Of a stretch of 64,000 bases of DNA, positions 13,601 to 30,100 are shown in pieces; positions within the stretch are counted from its first letter, which is position 1, and each line of letters opens with the position of its first letter. The stretch is taken from NCBI RefSeq assembly GCF_009914755.1, contig NC_060932.1, one strand, 5' to 3'. Position numbers and translations under genes: made by a program. Source of the stretch: the human T2T-CHM13v2.0 reference genome, Homo sapiens. The notes beneath the pieces are model-generated. The model was given only the letters and a program-made list of their open reading frames with translations. It did no database searches and was not told the DNA's origin.

Positions 13601-16600
13601 ATCTGAATATCCCAAGATAAAAAGAAGAAAGAAGCTATCTTTGAAACAGCTTTGTGATGACTGGATTCATCTTAAAAAGTTAAACCTTTCTTTTGATTCA
13701 GCCAATTGGAAAGCCTCTTTTTTAGAATCTGCAAAGTATCATTTGGGAGCCCTTTGTGGCATATGGTGATAAACCAAATATCCCAAGACAAAAAATTAGA
13801 AAGAAGTTATCTGTGATCTTCTATGGGATTTTTGGATTCATCTCACAGAGTTAAGCTTTTCTTTAGATTCAGCGGGTTGGAAGGGCTTTTTGTAGAATCT
13901 GGACAGAGACTTTTGGAGCTCAATGAGGCCTATGATGAAAAACTGAATATTCCTAGATAAAAACTAGAAAGAAGCTCTTGGTGAAACTGCTTTGTAATGT
14001 GTGAATTCATCTTAAAGAGTTAAACCTTTCTTTTTTATTCAGCAGGTTGGAAACATTGCTTTTGTGGAATCTGCAAAGGGACATTTGAGAGCCCATTAAA
14101 GCATATGGTGAAAAACAGAATACCCCAGAAGAAAGACTAGAAAGAAAATATCTGTGAAACTGCTCTGGGATGTGTGGATTCATCTCACAAAGTTAAACTT
14201 TTTTTAAAATTCATCAGGTTGGAAACAGGTTGGAAACTTTCTTTGTGGAATCTGTGAAGGGACATTTGGAACCCATTTGAGGCGTATGTTGAAAAACTGA
14301 ATATCCCAAGATAAAAAACAGAGAGAAGCTATCTTTGAAACTGCTTTGTGATGTGTGGATTCATCTCAGAGTTAATCCTTTCTTTTGATTCATCAGATTG
14401 GAAGCACGCTTTTTGTAGAATCAGGGAAGGGACATTTAAGAGACTAATGATGCCTATGAAGAAAAACAATATCAACAGAGAAAAACCAAAAATATGCTCT
14501 CTGTGAAAGCCTTTCATGATGTGTTGGTTCATCTCACAGAGTTCAACCTTTCTTCTTATTTAGCAGGTTGGAAACATTCTCTTTGTGAAATCTGAGAAAG
14601 GACATTTAGGAGTGCATTGAGGCCTATGGTGAAAAAAAGAACATCTCCAGATAAAAAGTAGAAAGCAGCTGTCTGTGAAACTGCTTTGTGATTTGTAGAT
14701 TCATCTCACACACTTAAACCTTTCTTTTGATTTAGCAGGTTGGAAAAGCTCTTTTGTAGAATCTCCAAAGGGATAGTTTAGCAAAGAGGCAAATGGTAAA
14801 AAGCTGAATATCACCAGATAAAAACTATAAAGAACATTCTGTGAAACTGCTTTTTTATGTGTGGATTCAACTCACAGAATTAAAACTTTCTTTTGATTCA
14901 GTAGGTTGGGTACACTCTTTTTGTAGAATCTGGAAAGGGACATTTGGGAAGCCATTAAAGTCTATGGTGAAAAAATGAATATCCCCAGTTAAATACTAGA
15001 AAGAAGATATCTGTGAAACTTCTTCATGAGAAGAGATTTATCTCACACAGGTAAACCTTTCTTTTGATTCAGCAGGTTGGAAACACTCTTTTTGTAGAGT
15101 TCTGGAAGAAATATTTGGGAGCCCATTGCATCCTATGGTGAATAATTGAATATACCCAGATAAACTCTAGAAAGAACTTTCTATGAAACTGTTTTATGAT
15201 GTGTGGATTCATCTCAGAGAGTTAAACCTTTCAGTGGATTCACCAGGTTGGAAACACTTTTTTTGTAGAATCTGCAAAGAAACATTTGGGAGCCCATTGA
15301 GGTCTATGGTGAAAAACAACATATCCCCAGAAAAAAAAGTAGAAAGAAGATATCTGTGAAACTGTTTCAGATGAGTGGATTTATTTCACAGAGTTAAACT
15401 TTTCTTTTGATTCAGCAGGTTGGAAACACTTTTTGTAGCATCTGTGAAAAGACATTTGAGAGCCCACTGTGTCCTATGGTGAAAAACCGAATATCCCCAG
15501 ATAAAAACTAGAAAGAAGCTATCTGTGAAACAGCTTTATGATGTGTGCATTCATCTAGAGAGTTAAACCTTTCTTTTGAATCAGTAGCTTGGAAACAATC
15601 TTTTTTTAGAATCTGTGAAGAAACATACGTGAGCCCATTGGCTTTGTGATGGGTAGATTTGTCTTAAAAAGTTAAACCTTTCTTTTGATTCATCAGGTTG
15701 GAAACACTCATTTTGTGGAACCTGTGAAGGGACATTTGGTAGCCTTTTGAGGACTATGGTGAAAAACTGAATATCTCCAGATGAAAAACTAAAAAGAAAC
15801 TATTTGTGAAATGGCTCTGGGATGTGTGGATTCATCACAAGAGGTAAATTTTTTTTGATTCAGCATTTTGTAAACACTCTTTTTGTAAAGTCTGGGAAGA
15901 AATTTTGGAGAAATTTGGGGCTTATGGTGAAAAATGGAATATCTCCAAATAAAATCTAGAAAGAAGCTATCTGTGAAACAACTTTGTGTTGTGTGAATTC
16001 ATCTCACAGAGTTAAAACTTACGTTTGATTGAGCAGGTTGGAAACACTCTTTTTGTTGAATCTGTGAAGTGACATTTGGGAGCCCATTGATGTCTATGGT
16101 GAAAACTGAATATCCCCAGATAAAAACTATAAAAAAGCTATCTGTGAGACTGATTCATGACGTGTGAATTCATCTTACAGATTTAAGCCTTTCTTTTGAT
16201 TCAGCAGCTTGGAAACACTTTTTTTGTAGAATCTATGAAGAGACATTTGGGGCCCATTGAGACATATGGTGAAAATCAAATATCCCCAAATGAAAACTAG
16301 AAAAAAGCTATCTGTAAAAGTTCTATTTCAAGTGTGGATTTAGTTCACAGAGTTAAACTCTTACTTTGTTTCTGCACATTGGAAACATTCTTTTTGTAGA
16401 ATCAGCAAAGGGACATTTAACTGCCCATTCATGCCTAGGGTGAAAAATCAAATATCAGGAGATAAAGACCAGAAAGAAGCTATTTTTGAAAGTCCTTTGT
16501 GATGTGTGGATTCATCTCAGAGAGTTCAACTTTTCTTTTTTTTCAGCAGGTTGGAAACATTTTTTGTGTAATCTGTGAAGGGAAATTTCAGAGTTCATTG

Positions 16601-19600
16601 AGGCCTATGGTGAAAAAGAGAACATCCCCCAATAAAAAGTAGAAAGAAACAATCTGTGAAACTGCTTTGTGATGTGTGGATTCATCTCACAGAGTAAAAA
16701 CTTTCTTTTGATTTAGCAGGTTGGAAAAACTCTTTTTGTAGTATCTGCAAAGGGACATTTGGGAGCCCATTGAGACCTATGTTGAAATCACATATCTTCA
16801 GATAAAAACTAGAAAGAAGTTATCTTTGAAACTGCTTTTTGATGTGCAGATTCATCTGACAGAGTTAAACCTTTCTTTTCATTTAGCAGGTTGGATACAC
16901 ACTTCTTGTAGAATCTGTGAAGGGACATATGAAAGCCCATTGTGGCCTATGGTGAAAAACTGAATATCCCCAGTTTAATACTAGACAGAAGCTATCTGTG
17001 AAACTGTTCTGTGATGTGTGAATTCATCTTACAGAGTTAAACTTTTCTTTTGATTCAGCAGGTTTGATATACTCTTTTTGTACAATCTGCTAAGAAATTT
17101 TTGGAGACAATTAAGGCCTAAGGTGAAAAACCAAATATCCCCAGATAAATATTAGAATAAAGCTATCTGTGAAACTGCTTCATGGTGAGTGGATTTATCT
17201 CACAAAGTTCAACGTTTCCTTTGATTCAGCAGATTGGAAACACTTTTTGTAGGATCTGTGAAGGGACATTTGGGAGCACATTGAGTCTTACGGTGAAAAA
17301 CCAAATATCTCCAGATAAAAAATAGAAAGAAGTTACTTGTGAAACTGCTTTATAATGTGTGGATTCATGTCAGAGAGGTATACCTTTCTTTTGATTCAGC
17401 AGGTTAAAAACACTTTTTTTTGTAGACTCTGTGAAGAAACATTTGGGAACCCATTGAGGACTATGGTGAAAAGCAGAATACCCCAGATAAAAACTAGATA
17501 GAAGCTATGTTTCAAACTGCTTTATGATTTGTGGATTAATATTAAAAAGTTAAACCTCTCTTTACACTCAGTAGGTTGAAAACGCCCTTTTTTTAGAATC
17601 TGCAAAGTGACATTTGGGAGCCCTTTGAGGCCTACGGTGAAAAACAGAATATCCACAAACAAAAAACTGAAAAGAACATACTGTGAAACTGCTCTGTGAT
17701 GTATGGATTCACCTCACAACGTTAAACTTTACTTTTGATTCAGTAAATTATAAAAAATCTTTTTGTAGAATCTCTGAAGGGACATTTGGGAGCACATTGA
17801 GGACTATGGTAAAAAAACAAAATATCCCCATTAAAAAAAACTAAAAAAAAAAAGATTGTGAAACTGCTTTGTGACGTTTGGAATCATCTCACAGAATTAA
17901 AACTGTTTTGATTCAGCGTGTTAAAATAACTCTTTGTGTGGAATATGTGAAGGGAATTTTGGAGCCCATTGAGGCCTATGGTGAAAACAATTTTTTTCCA
18001 ATTAAAAACTCAAAAGAATCTATCTGTGAAACAGCTTCATGATGCATGGATTTATCTCAGAAAGTTAAAACTTTCTTTTGATTCAGCAGGTTGGAAACAC
18101 TCTATTTGTAGAATTTAGGAAGGGACATTTGAGAGCCTTTCGAGTTCTATGGTGAAGAACCCAATATCCCCAGATAAAAACTGGAAAGGTGCTATCTGTG
18201 ACACTGCTTTATAATATGTGGATTCATCTCAGAGAGTTAAACATTTTCTGTGATTCAACAGATTGGAAACACACTTTTTGAAGAGTTTTTGAAGGGACAC
18301 TAGGAAGCCATTTAGGCCTATGGCGTAAATCTGAATACTCCCAGATAAAAACTAGGAAGAAGCTATCTGTGAAACTGCCTTGAGATGAATGCATTCATCT
18401 CACAGAGTTAAACCTTTCTTTTGAATTTAGTGGGATGGAAACATTCTTTTTGTAGAATCTGCAAATAGACATTTGGGAGCCTATTAAGAACTATGGTAAA
18501 AAACTGACTATCCCCAGATAAAAAGTAGAAAGAATCTATCAGTGAAACTTTTATGGAATGTGTATATTAATCTTAAAGAATTAAACGTTTCTTTTGATTC
18601 AGTAGATTGGAAACACTCTTTTTGTAGAATTCACAAAGGGACATTGGGAGCCCTTTAAGGTCTACGATGATAAAGCAAATATCCCAAAATGAAAAACAAA
18701 AAGAAGCTATCTGTGATACAGCTCTGGGATGTGTGGATTCATCTCACAGAGTTAAACGTTTCTTTTGATTCAGCAGGTTGAAAACACTCTTTTTGTAGGA
18801 TCTGGGAAGGGACTGATGGAACTCATTGAGGCCTACAGTGAAAAACCAAATATCTGCAGATAAAAAAGAGAAAGAACCTACCTGTGAAACTGTTTTTTGT
18901 TGAGTGGATTCATCTCTCTGACTTAAATTTGTCTTTTGATTCAACAGGTTGCATACACTCTTATTGTAAAATCTGTGAAAATAAATTTGTCATCCCATTG
19001 AGGCCTATGGTGAAAAATCAGTATCCCCAGTTAGAAACTAGAAAGAAGCTATCTGTGAAACTGCTTTGTGATGTGTGGTTTCACCTCAGAGAGTTAAATG
19101 TTTCTTTTCTTCAGCAGGTTTGAAATATCCTTTTTGTAGAATCTATGAAAGGACATTTAGAGTGCATTGAGGCCTATGATAAAAAATCAAATATTCCTAG
19201 ATAAAAAGCTAGAAAGAAGCTATCTCTAAAACTGCTTTTTTTATGTGTGGGTTAATCTCACATAATTAAACCTTTCTTTTTATTTAGAAGGTAGGAAACA
19301 ACTTTTTTGTAGAATCTGTGAAATGACATTTGGGAGACCCTTGAGGCCTGCAGTGGAAATCCAAATATCCCAAGATGAAAACAAGAAAGATGTGATCTGC
19401 GAAACTGCTTTGTGATATGTGGATTCATCTTACAGAATTAAACCTTTCTTTTGATTCAGCAGGTTGGAAATACTCTATTTATAGAGTCTGTGAAGAAACA
19501 CTTGGAGCTGATGGTGGCCTATGGTGAAAACTGAATATCCCCAGATAAAAACTGCAAAGAAGCTGTCTGTGAAACTGCTTTGTGATGTGTGGACTGATAT

Positions 19601-22600
19601 CATAAAATTTAACCTTTCTTTTGATCCAGCAGGTTGAAAGCACTGTTTATGTAGTATCCTTGAAAAGACATTTTGGAGATCATTGAGGCCTAGAAACAAG
19701 AATGAAGCTATCTGTGAAACTGCTTTGTGATTTGTGGATTCACCCCATAGAGTTACCCCTTTCCTTTGGCTCAGAAGGTTGGAAACACAATTTTTGTAGA
19801 ATCTATGGAGAAGCATTTGATAGCACATTGAAGCCTATGGTGAAAAACCAAATATCCCCAGATAAAAACTAGAAAGAATCTGTGAAACAGCTTTGTGATG
19901 TGTGGACTCATCTCATAGAGTTAAGCCTTTCTTTTGATTCAGCAAGTTGAAACACTCTTTTTGCAGAATCTGCAAAGGGACATTTGGAAGCTCATTGAAG
20001 TTATGATTAAAAACTGAATATCCCTGGATGAAAAGTTGAAAGAAGCTGTCTCTGAAACTGCTTTGTGATGTGTGGATTCATCTCACAGAAGTAAACCTTT
20101 CTTTTGATTCAGCAGTTCAGTAACACTTTTTTGTAGCATCTGCCAAAGTACGTTTGGGAGTCCCTTGAGGCCTTTAGTGAAAAATCAAATATCCTTAGAT
20201 AGAACTAGAAAGAACATATCTGTAAAACTGCTGCTTGATGTGTGGATTCATCTCAAAGACTTAAACCTTCCTTTAGGTTCTTCAGGTAGGAAACACTGTT
20301 TTTGTACACTATTCGAAGAAAGATTTGGGGGCCCATTGAATCCTATGCTGAAAAATTGAATATCGCAAGATCAAAACAAAAAAGAAGCTATCTGGAAAAC
20401 TGCTTTGTGATGTGTGGTTTTATCTCAAAGAGTTAAACCTTTCTTTTGATTCTGAAGGTTGGCAACTCTCTTTTTGTAAAATCTGTGAAAGGACATTTGG
20501 GAGCCAATGGTGGCCTATAGTAAAAAACAGATTATTCCCAGATGAAAACTAGAAAGATGCTATCTGTGAAACTACTTTGTGATGTCTGGATTCATCTTAC
20601 AGAGTTAAACATTTCTATTGATTCAGCAGGTAGGGAACACTCTTTTTGTAGAATATATGAAAGTATATATGGAGTGCTTTGAGGTCTACGGCAAAAAATT
20701 TAATATCCACAGATAAAAACTGGAAACAAGCCAACTGTAACGGCTTTGCAATGTGTGGGTTCATATCACAGAGTAAAAACTTACTTTTGATCAGCAGGTT
20801 GGAAACACTCTTTTTGTAGAATCTGTGAAGGGACATTTAAAAAAACCACTGGAGTCCTACGGTGAAAAACAGAATATCCCCAGATAAAAACTAGAAACAA
20901 CCTATGTGTGAAACTGCTTTGTGACGTGAAGGAATATTTGGGAGGCCATTGAGACCTATGGTGAAACACCAAATATCCTCAAATAAAAACTAGAAAGAAG
21001 CTATCTGTGAAGCTGCTTTGTGATGTGTGCATTTATCTCAAAGACTTAACTTTTTTTTTGATTCAACAGTTTGGAAACACTCTTTTTATAGAATATGTGA
21101 AGGGACATTTGGGAGCCCCTTGAGACCTAAGGTGTAAAATCAAATATCTGCAGATAAAAACTGGAAACAATTTATCTGTGAAACTGCTTTGTGATGTGTG
21201 GATTCTTTTCACAGAGTTAAAACTTACTTTTGATCAGCATGTTGGAAACACCCTCTTTGGAGAATCTGTGAAGGGACATTTGAGAGCCCATTGAGGCCTA
21301 TGGAGAAATACCGAATATCAACAGATAAAAACTAGAAAGAAACACCTGTGAATTGACATTGTGATGTGTGGATTCATCTCACAGAGTTAAACCTTACTTT
21401 TTATCAGCAGGTTGGGAATACTCTTGTTGTAGAATCTGCAAAGTAACATTTGGGAACTATTTGAGGTCTATCGTGGACAACAGAATATCAACAGATAAAA
21501 AATGTAACTAAGCTATCTGTGAAACTTCTTTGTGATGTGTGAATTCATCTCATAGAGTTTAACCTTTCTTTGATTCAGCAGGTCGGAAACACTCTGTTTG
21601 TAGAATGTGTGAAGGGACATTTAGGAGACCAATGGGCCCATATGGTGAAAAACTGAATATCCTCAGATGAAAACTAGAAAGGAGCTATCTCTGAAACTGC
21701 TTTTTTATGCGTGATTCACCTCAAAAAGGTACAACTTTTTTTGTTTGTTTCAGCAGGTTAAAAACACTGTTTTTTAAAATCAGCAAGAAGACATTTGGGA
21801 GCCCATTGAGACCTATAATGAAAAGCAAAATATTCACAGATAAAAACTAGAAAGAAGCTCTCTGTGAAATGGCTTTGTGATGTGTGCATTCATGTCAAAA
21901 TGTTAAACCTTTCTTCTAATTCAGCATGTTGGAAACACTCTTCTTGTAAAATTTGCATAAGGATGTTTGAAACCCAGTTGAGGCCTATGGTGAAAAACAG
22001 AACATCCCTAGACAAAAACTAGAAAGAAGCTATCTGTGAAACTGCTTTGCAATGTGTGGATTCATCTCACAGAGTTAAACCTTACTTTTTATCAGCAGGT
22101 TGCAAACATCCTTTTTGTAAATCCTGCCAAGAAACATTTGGAGCCCATTGTGGCCTATGGTAAAAAACTGAATATTCCAAGATAAAAACTAGAAAAAAGC
22201 TATCTATGAAAATGCTTTCTGATGTGTGAACTTATCTCATGGAGTTAAATCTTTCTTTAGATTCAGGATTTTGGAAGAACTCTTTTTGTAGAATCTGAGG
22301 GTGCACAAACAGGGGACATTGAGGCCAATGGTGAAAAACAGAATATCTTCTAATAAAAACTCGAAAGAAGCTATCTGTGAAACTGCTTTGTGATGTATGG
22401 ATTCATCTAAGACAGCTAAACCTTTCTTTTGATTCACAGCTTGAAAACACTCTTTTTGTGAAGTACGTGAAGGGACATTTGGAGACCATTTAGGCTTATG
22501 TTGAAAAACCAAATATCTTCAGATAAAAATTAAAATAAGCTATATCTGAAATTGCATGGTGATGTGTGGATTCATCTCATAGAGTTAAACCCTTCTTTTG

Positions 22601-24626
22601 ATCAGCAAGTTGGAAACACTGTTTTTGTAGAACATGTGATGGGACATTTGGGAGCCCATTAATGCCTATGGTCAAAAATGGATTATCCCCAGATAAAAAC
22701 TAGAAAGAAGCTATCTGTAAAACTGCTTCATGATGTGTTGATTCATCTCACAGAGTTAAACTGTTCTTTTGATCAGCAGGTGGGAAACAGTTTTTTCTTA
22801 GAATCTGCAAAGGGATATTTGGGAGCCCACTGAGGCCTAGGGTGAAAAATCGAATAAACCACATAAAAACTAGAAAGACTCTATCTGTTAAACTACTTTG
22901 TGATGTGTGGATTCCTATCACAGAGTTAAACCATTTTTTTTTGTTTCACGAGGTTGAAAATAATCTTTTTGTAAAAAATGCTAAGGGACATTTGTGAGCC
23001 CATTGAATCCTATGGTGAAAAACCGAATATCTTCAGATAGAAACTAGAAAGAAGATGTCTGTGAAACTTCTTTGAGATGTGTGGATCATCTCCCAGAGTT
23101 ATATGTTTCTTTTGGTTCAGCAGGATGGAAACACTCTGTAGAATTTGCAAAAGGACATTTGGGAGCCTATTGAGGCATACAGTGAAAAACAAAGTATCTA
23201 TGGATAAAAATTAGAAAGGAGCTATCTGTAAAACTGCTTTGTGATGTGTGGATTCATCTCACAGAGTTAAACCTTTCTATTAATTCAGAAGGTTGGAAAC
23301 ACACTTTTTGTAGAATCTGAGAAGGGATATGTGGAGCCCAGGAGGCCTATGGTGAAAAACGAAATATACCCAGATAAAAACTAGAAAGAAGCTTTCTGAG
23401 AAACTGCTCTGTGATGTGTGGATTCATCTCAAAGAGTTAAACATTTTTTTTTGCTTCAGTAGGTTGGAAACACGTTTTGTAGTATGTGCAAAGGGACATT
23501 TGGGAGCTTTTTGATGTCTATAGTGAAAAACCAAATATCCTCAGATAGAAACTACATAAAATCTATCTGTGAAACCAGTTTGTGACGTGTGGATTTATCT
23601 GACAGAGTTAAACCTTTCTTTTGATTCAGCAGGTTGGAAATAATCTTTTTGTAAAATCTGCAAAGGGACATAAAAGAGTGCATTGAGATCTATGGTGAAA
23701 AACAGAATATCCCCAGATAAAATCTAGAAAGAAGCTATCTGTGAAACCGATTTGTGATGTGTGCATTGATTTCACAGGGTTAAACCTTTCTTTTGATTCA
23801 GAAGGTTTGTGGCACTGTTTTTGTAGATTCTGTGAAGAAACATTTAAGAGATATTTGAAGCCTGTGGTGAAACACAGAGTATTCCAAATAAAAACTTGAA
23901 AGAAGCTATCTGTGAAACTTTTTTGTGATGTGTGGATTCATCTAACAGAGTTAAACCTTTCTTTGATTCAGCACATTGGAAATACTCTTTTTGTAGAATC
24001 TGTAAAAGGATATTTGGGAGCCCATTGAGGCCTATGGTAAAAAACAGAATATTTCCAGATAAAAACTAGAAAAAAGCTATCTGTGTAACTGCTTTGTGAT
24101 GTTTGGATTCATCTCACAGAATTAAACATTTCTTTTTATTCAGCAGGTTGAAAACTCTTTTGTACAATCTGTGATGGGACATTTGAGGGCCCATTGACGC
24201 CTATGGTGAAAAACCGAATATCCTGATAAAAACTCAAAAGAAACTATCTGTGAAACTGGTTTGTGATGTGTAGATTCATCACACGGAGTTAAACATTTCT
24301 TTTTATTCAGCAGATGGGAAACACTTTTTTGTAGAACCTGTGAAGGGACATTTGAGAGCCCATTGAGGTATACAGTGAAAAACCAAGTATCCCCAAATAA
24401 AAACTAGAAAGAAGCCATCTGTGAAACTGGTTTGTGATGTATGCATTCATCTAACTGAAGTAAACCTTGCTTTTGATTCAGCAGGTGGCAAACACTTTTT
24501 CGTAGAAACTGTGAAGGGATATTTGAGTGCCCATAGAGACCTATGATCAACAACTGAAATTTCCCAGATAAAAAAATTGAAGGAAGCTAGATGTAAAACT
24601 GCTTTGTGATCTGTGGGTTAATCTCA
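4662..24626 (+). repeat. Monomeric alpha satellite (block 2)
   Basis: Continuous ~172-bp divergent monomers in the same orientation, several with internal deletions. Confidence 0.97.
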
Positions 24627-27191
<2,565 letters not shown>

Positions 27192-30100
27192 AATCTCACA
27201 GAGTTAAACCTTTCCTTTGATGCAACCGGTTGGAAACACTCTTTTTGTAGAATATGCAAAGGGACATTTGGGAGCTTAGTGAGACCTATGGTGAAAAAAT
27301 GAAATGTCATCAGACAAAACTCAGAAGAAGCTATCTGTAAAACTGCTTACTGATGTATGGATTCATCTCACAGAGTTAAAAGTTTCCTTTTACTAAGATG
27401 GTTGGAAACATGCTTTTTGTAGAATATTCGAAGGGACGTTTGTGAGCCCATTGAAATCCACGGCATAAAACAAAATATCCCCAGATAAAAACTAGAAAGA
27501 AGCTGTCTGTGAAATTGCTTTGTGATGTGGGAATTCATCTCAAACAGTTAAACTTTTTTTTTGATTCAGCACATTAGAAACACTCTTGTTTTAGAATCAG
27601 AGAAGAAATAATTAAGAGCCCTTTGAGGCCTCTGTTGAAAAAGGAATTATCTCCAGATAAAAATTCGAAAGATGTTATCATCAAAGCTGCTTTGTGATGT
27701 GTGGATTCACCTCACTGATTTAAACCTTGCTTTTGATTCATTAGGTTGGAAACCTTTTTTGTTGAACCTGAGAAGAAACATTTGGGAGCCTATTGAAGCT
27801 TTTGGGAAAAAACAGAATATCTTCAGATAAAAACCAGAAAGAAGTTATACATTAAACTGCTTTTTCATGTATGCATTTATCTCATAGAGTTAAACCTTGC
27901 TTTTGATTCAGCAGGTTGGCAACACTCTTTTTGTAGAATCTGTGAAGGGATATTTGGGAGCCCATTGAGGCCTATGGTGAAAGACAGAATATTCCCAGAT
28001 AAAAACTAGAAGGGAGCTATCTGTTAAAATGCTTTTTGATGCATGGATTCATCTCACAGAGTTAAAACGTTTTTTTATTTAGCAGTTTGGAAACACTCTT
28101 TTTGTAGAAACTGCAAAGGGACATTTGGGAGCCAAGTGAGGCCTATGCTGAAAAACAGAATATCCCCAGATAAATAGTAGAAAGCAGATATCTGGGAAAA
28201 TCCTTTGTGATGTGTGGATTCATTCCAAAGAGTTTAACCTATCCTTTGAGTCAGCAGGTTGGAAACACCTTTTTGTGGAATCTGTGAAAGGACATTTGGG
28301 AACCCATTAAAGTCTATGGTTAAAAACATAATATCCCCTGATAAAAATGGGAAGGAAGCTACCTGTAAAACTTCTTTGTGATGTGTGGATTCATCTCACA
28401 GTGTGATACATTTCTGTTGACTCAGTAAGGTGGAAACACTCTTTCTTTAGAATCTGTGAAGTTACATTTGAAAGCCTATGGTGGCCTAAGGTGAAAAACA
28501 GATTATCCCCAGATAATATCTAAAAGTAAGCTATCTGTCAAACTACTTTGTGATGTGTGGATTCATCTCACAGAGTGAAACCATACTTTTGATTCAACAG
28601 GTTAGAAACCCTCTTCTTATAGAATCTGTGAAAGGACTTCAGGACCCCATTGAGGCCTATGCTGTGGCCTATGGTCAAAAACAGAATATCCCCAGATAAA
28701 AACTAGAAAGAATCTATCTGTTATACTTCTTTGTGATGTGTGGATTCATCTCACAGTGTTAAATTGTTCTTTTGCTTCAGGAGGTTGAAAACACTCATTT
28801 TCTTAGAAAATGCAAAGAGACATTTGTGAATCCATTGAGGTCTATGGTGAAAGACAAAATATTCATGAACGAAAACTAGAAAGGAGATATCTGTAAAACT
28901 GCTTTGTGATGTTTGGATTCATCTCACAGAGTTTAACTTTCCTTTTGATTCAGCAGGTTGGAAACACTCTTTTTGTAGAATCTGCAAAGGGACATGTGAA
29001 GCCCATTGAAACCTATGGTAACAAATGGAATATCCCCAGACAAAAATGAGAAAGAAGCTATCTGTGAAACTGCTCTGTGATGTGTAGATTCATCTCACAG
29101 ACGGAAACGTTTCCTTTGATTCCACAGTTTGGAAACACGTTTTGTAGTATCTGTGAAGGGACATTTGAAAGACTATTGAGGTCTAAAGTGGAAAACCTAA
29201 AATACCCAGACAAAAACTAGAAAGAATCTATATGTGAAACCGGTTTGCTATGTGTGGCTTCATCACACAGAGGTAAATCTTTCTTTTGATTCAGCAGATT
29301 GGAATCACTCTTTTTGTAGAATCTATGAAGGAACATTTGGGAGCCCATTGAGACCTTTGATGAAATACTGAATATCTGCAGATAAAAACTAGAAAGAAGC
29401 TGTCTGTGAAATTCCTTTGTGATGTGTGGTTTTATCTCACAGGGTTAAACCTTTCTTTTGATATAGGAGGTTGGTAACACTGTTTTTTTAGATTGTGAGA
29501 AGAAACACTTGGGAGCCCATTGACGCCTATGGTGAAAAACAGAATATTCCCAGATAACAACGAGGAATAAGCTATCTGTGAAACTCCTTTGTGATATATG
29601 GATTCATCTCACAAAGTTAAATTTTTCTTTGATTCAGCAGGTTGGAAACACTCTTTATGTAGAATCTACCTATGGACATTTGGGAGCCCATTGAGGCCTA
29701 TGGTAAAAATCAGAATATCCCCAGATAAAAACTAGAAAAAAGCTTTCTGTGAAACTGCTTTATGATGCATAGATTCATCTTACAGGGATAAACCTTTCTT
29801 TTGATTAAGCAGGTTGGAAACCTTCTCTTTGTAGAATCTGTGAAGGGACATGTTGGTGCCATTTATGCCTATGGTGAAAAACTGAGTATCTTCAGATAAA
29901 AACTAGAAAGAAGCTGGCTCTGAAACTTGTTTGTGATGTGTGCATTCATGTGACAGAGTTAAACCTAGCTTTTCATTCAGCAGTTGGAAAACCCTTCTTT
30001 GTAGAATCTACAAAGGGACATTTGAGAGCCCATTGAGGCCTATAGTGAAGAACTTAATGTCCCCAGATAAAAAAAAGTATTGAAGGAAACTATCTGTGAA

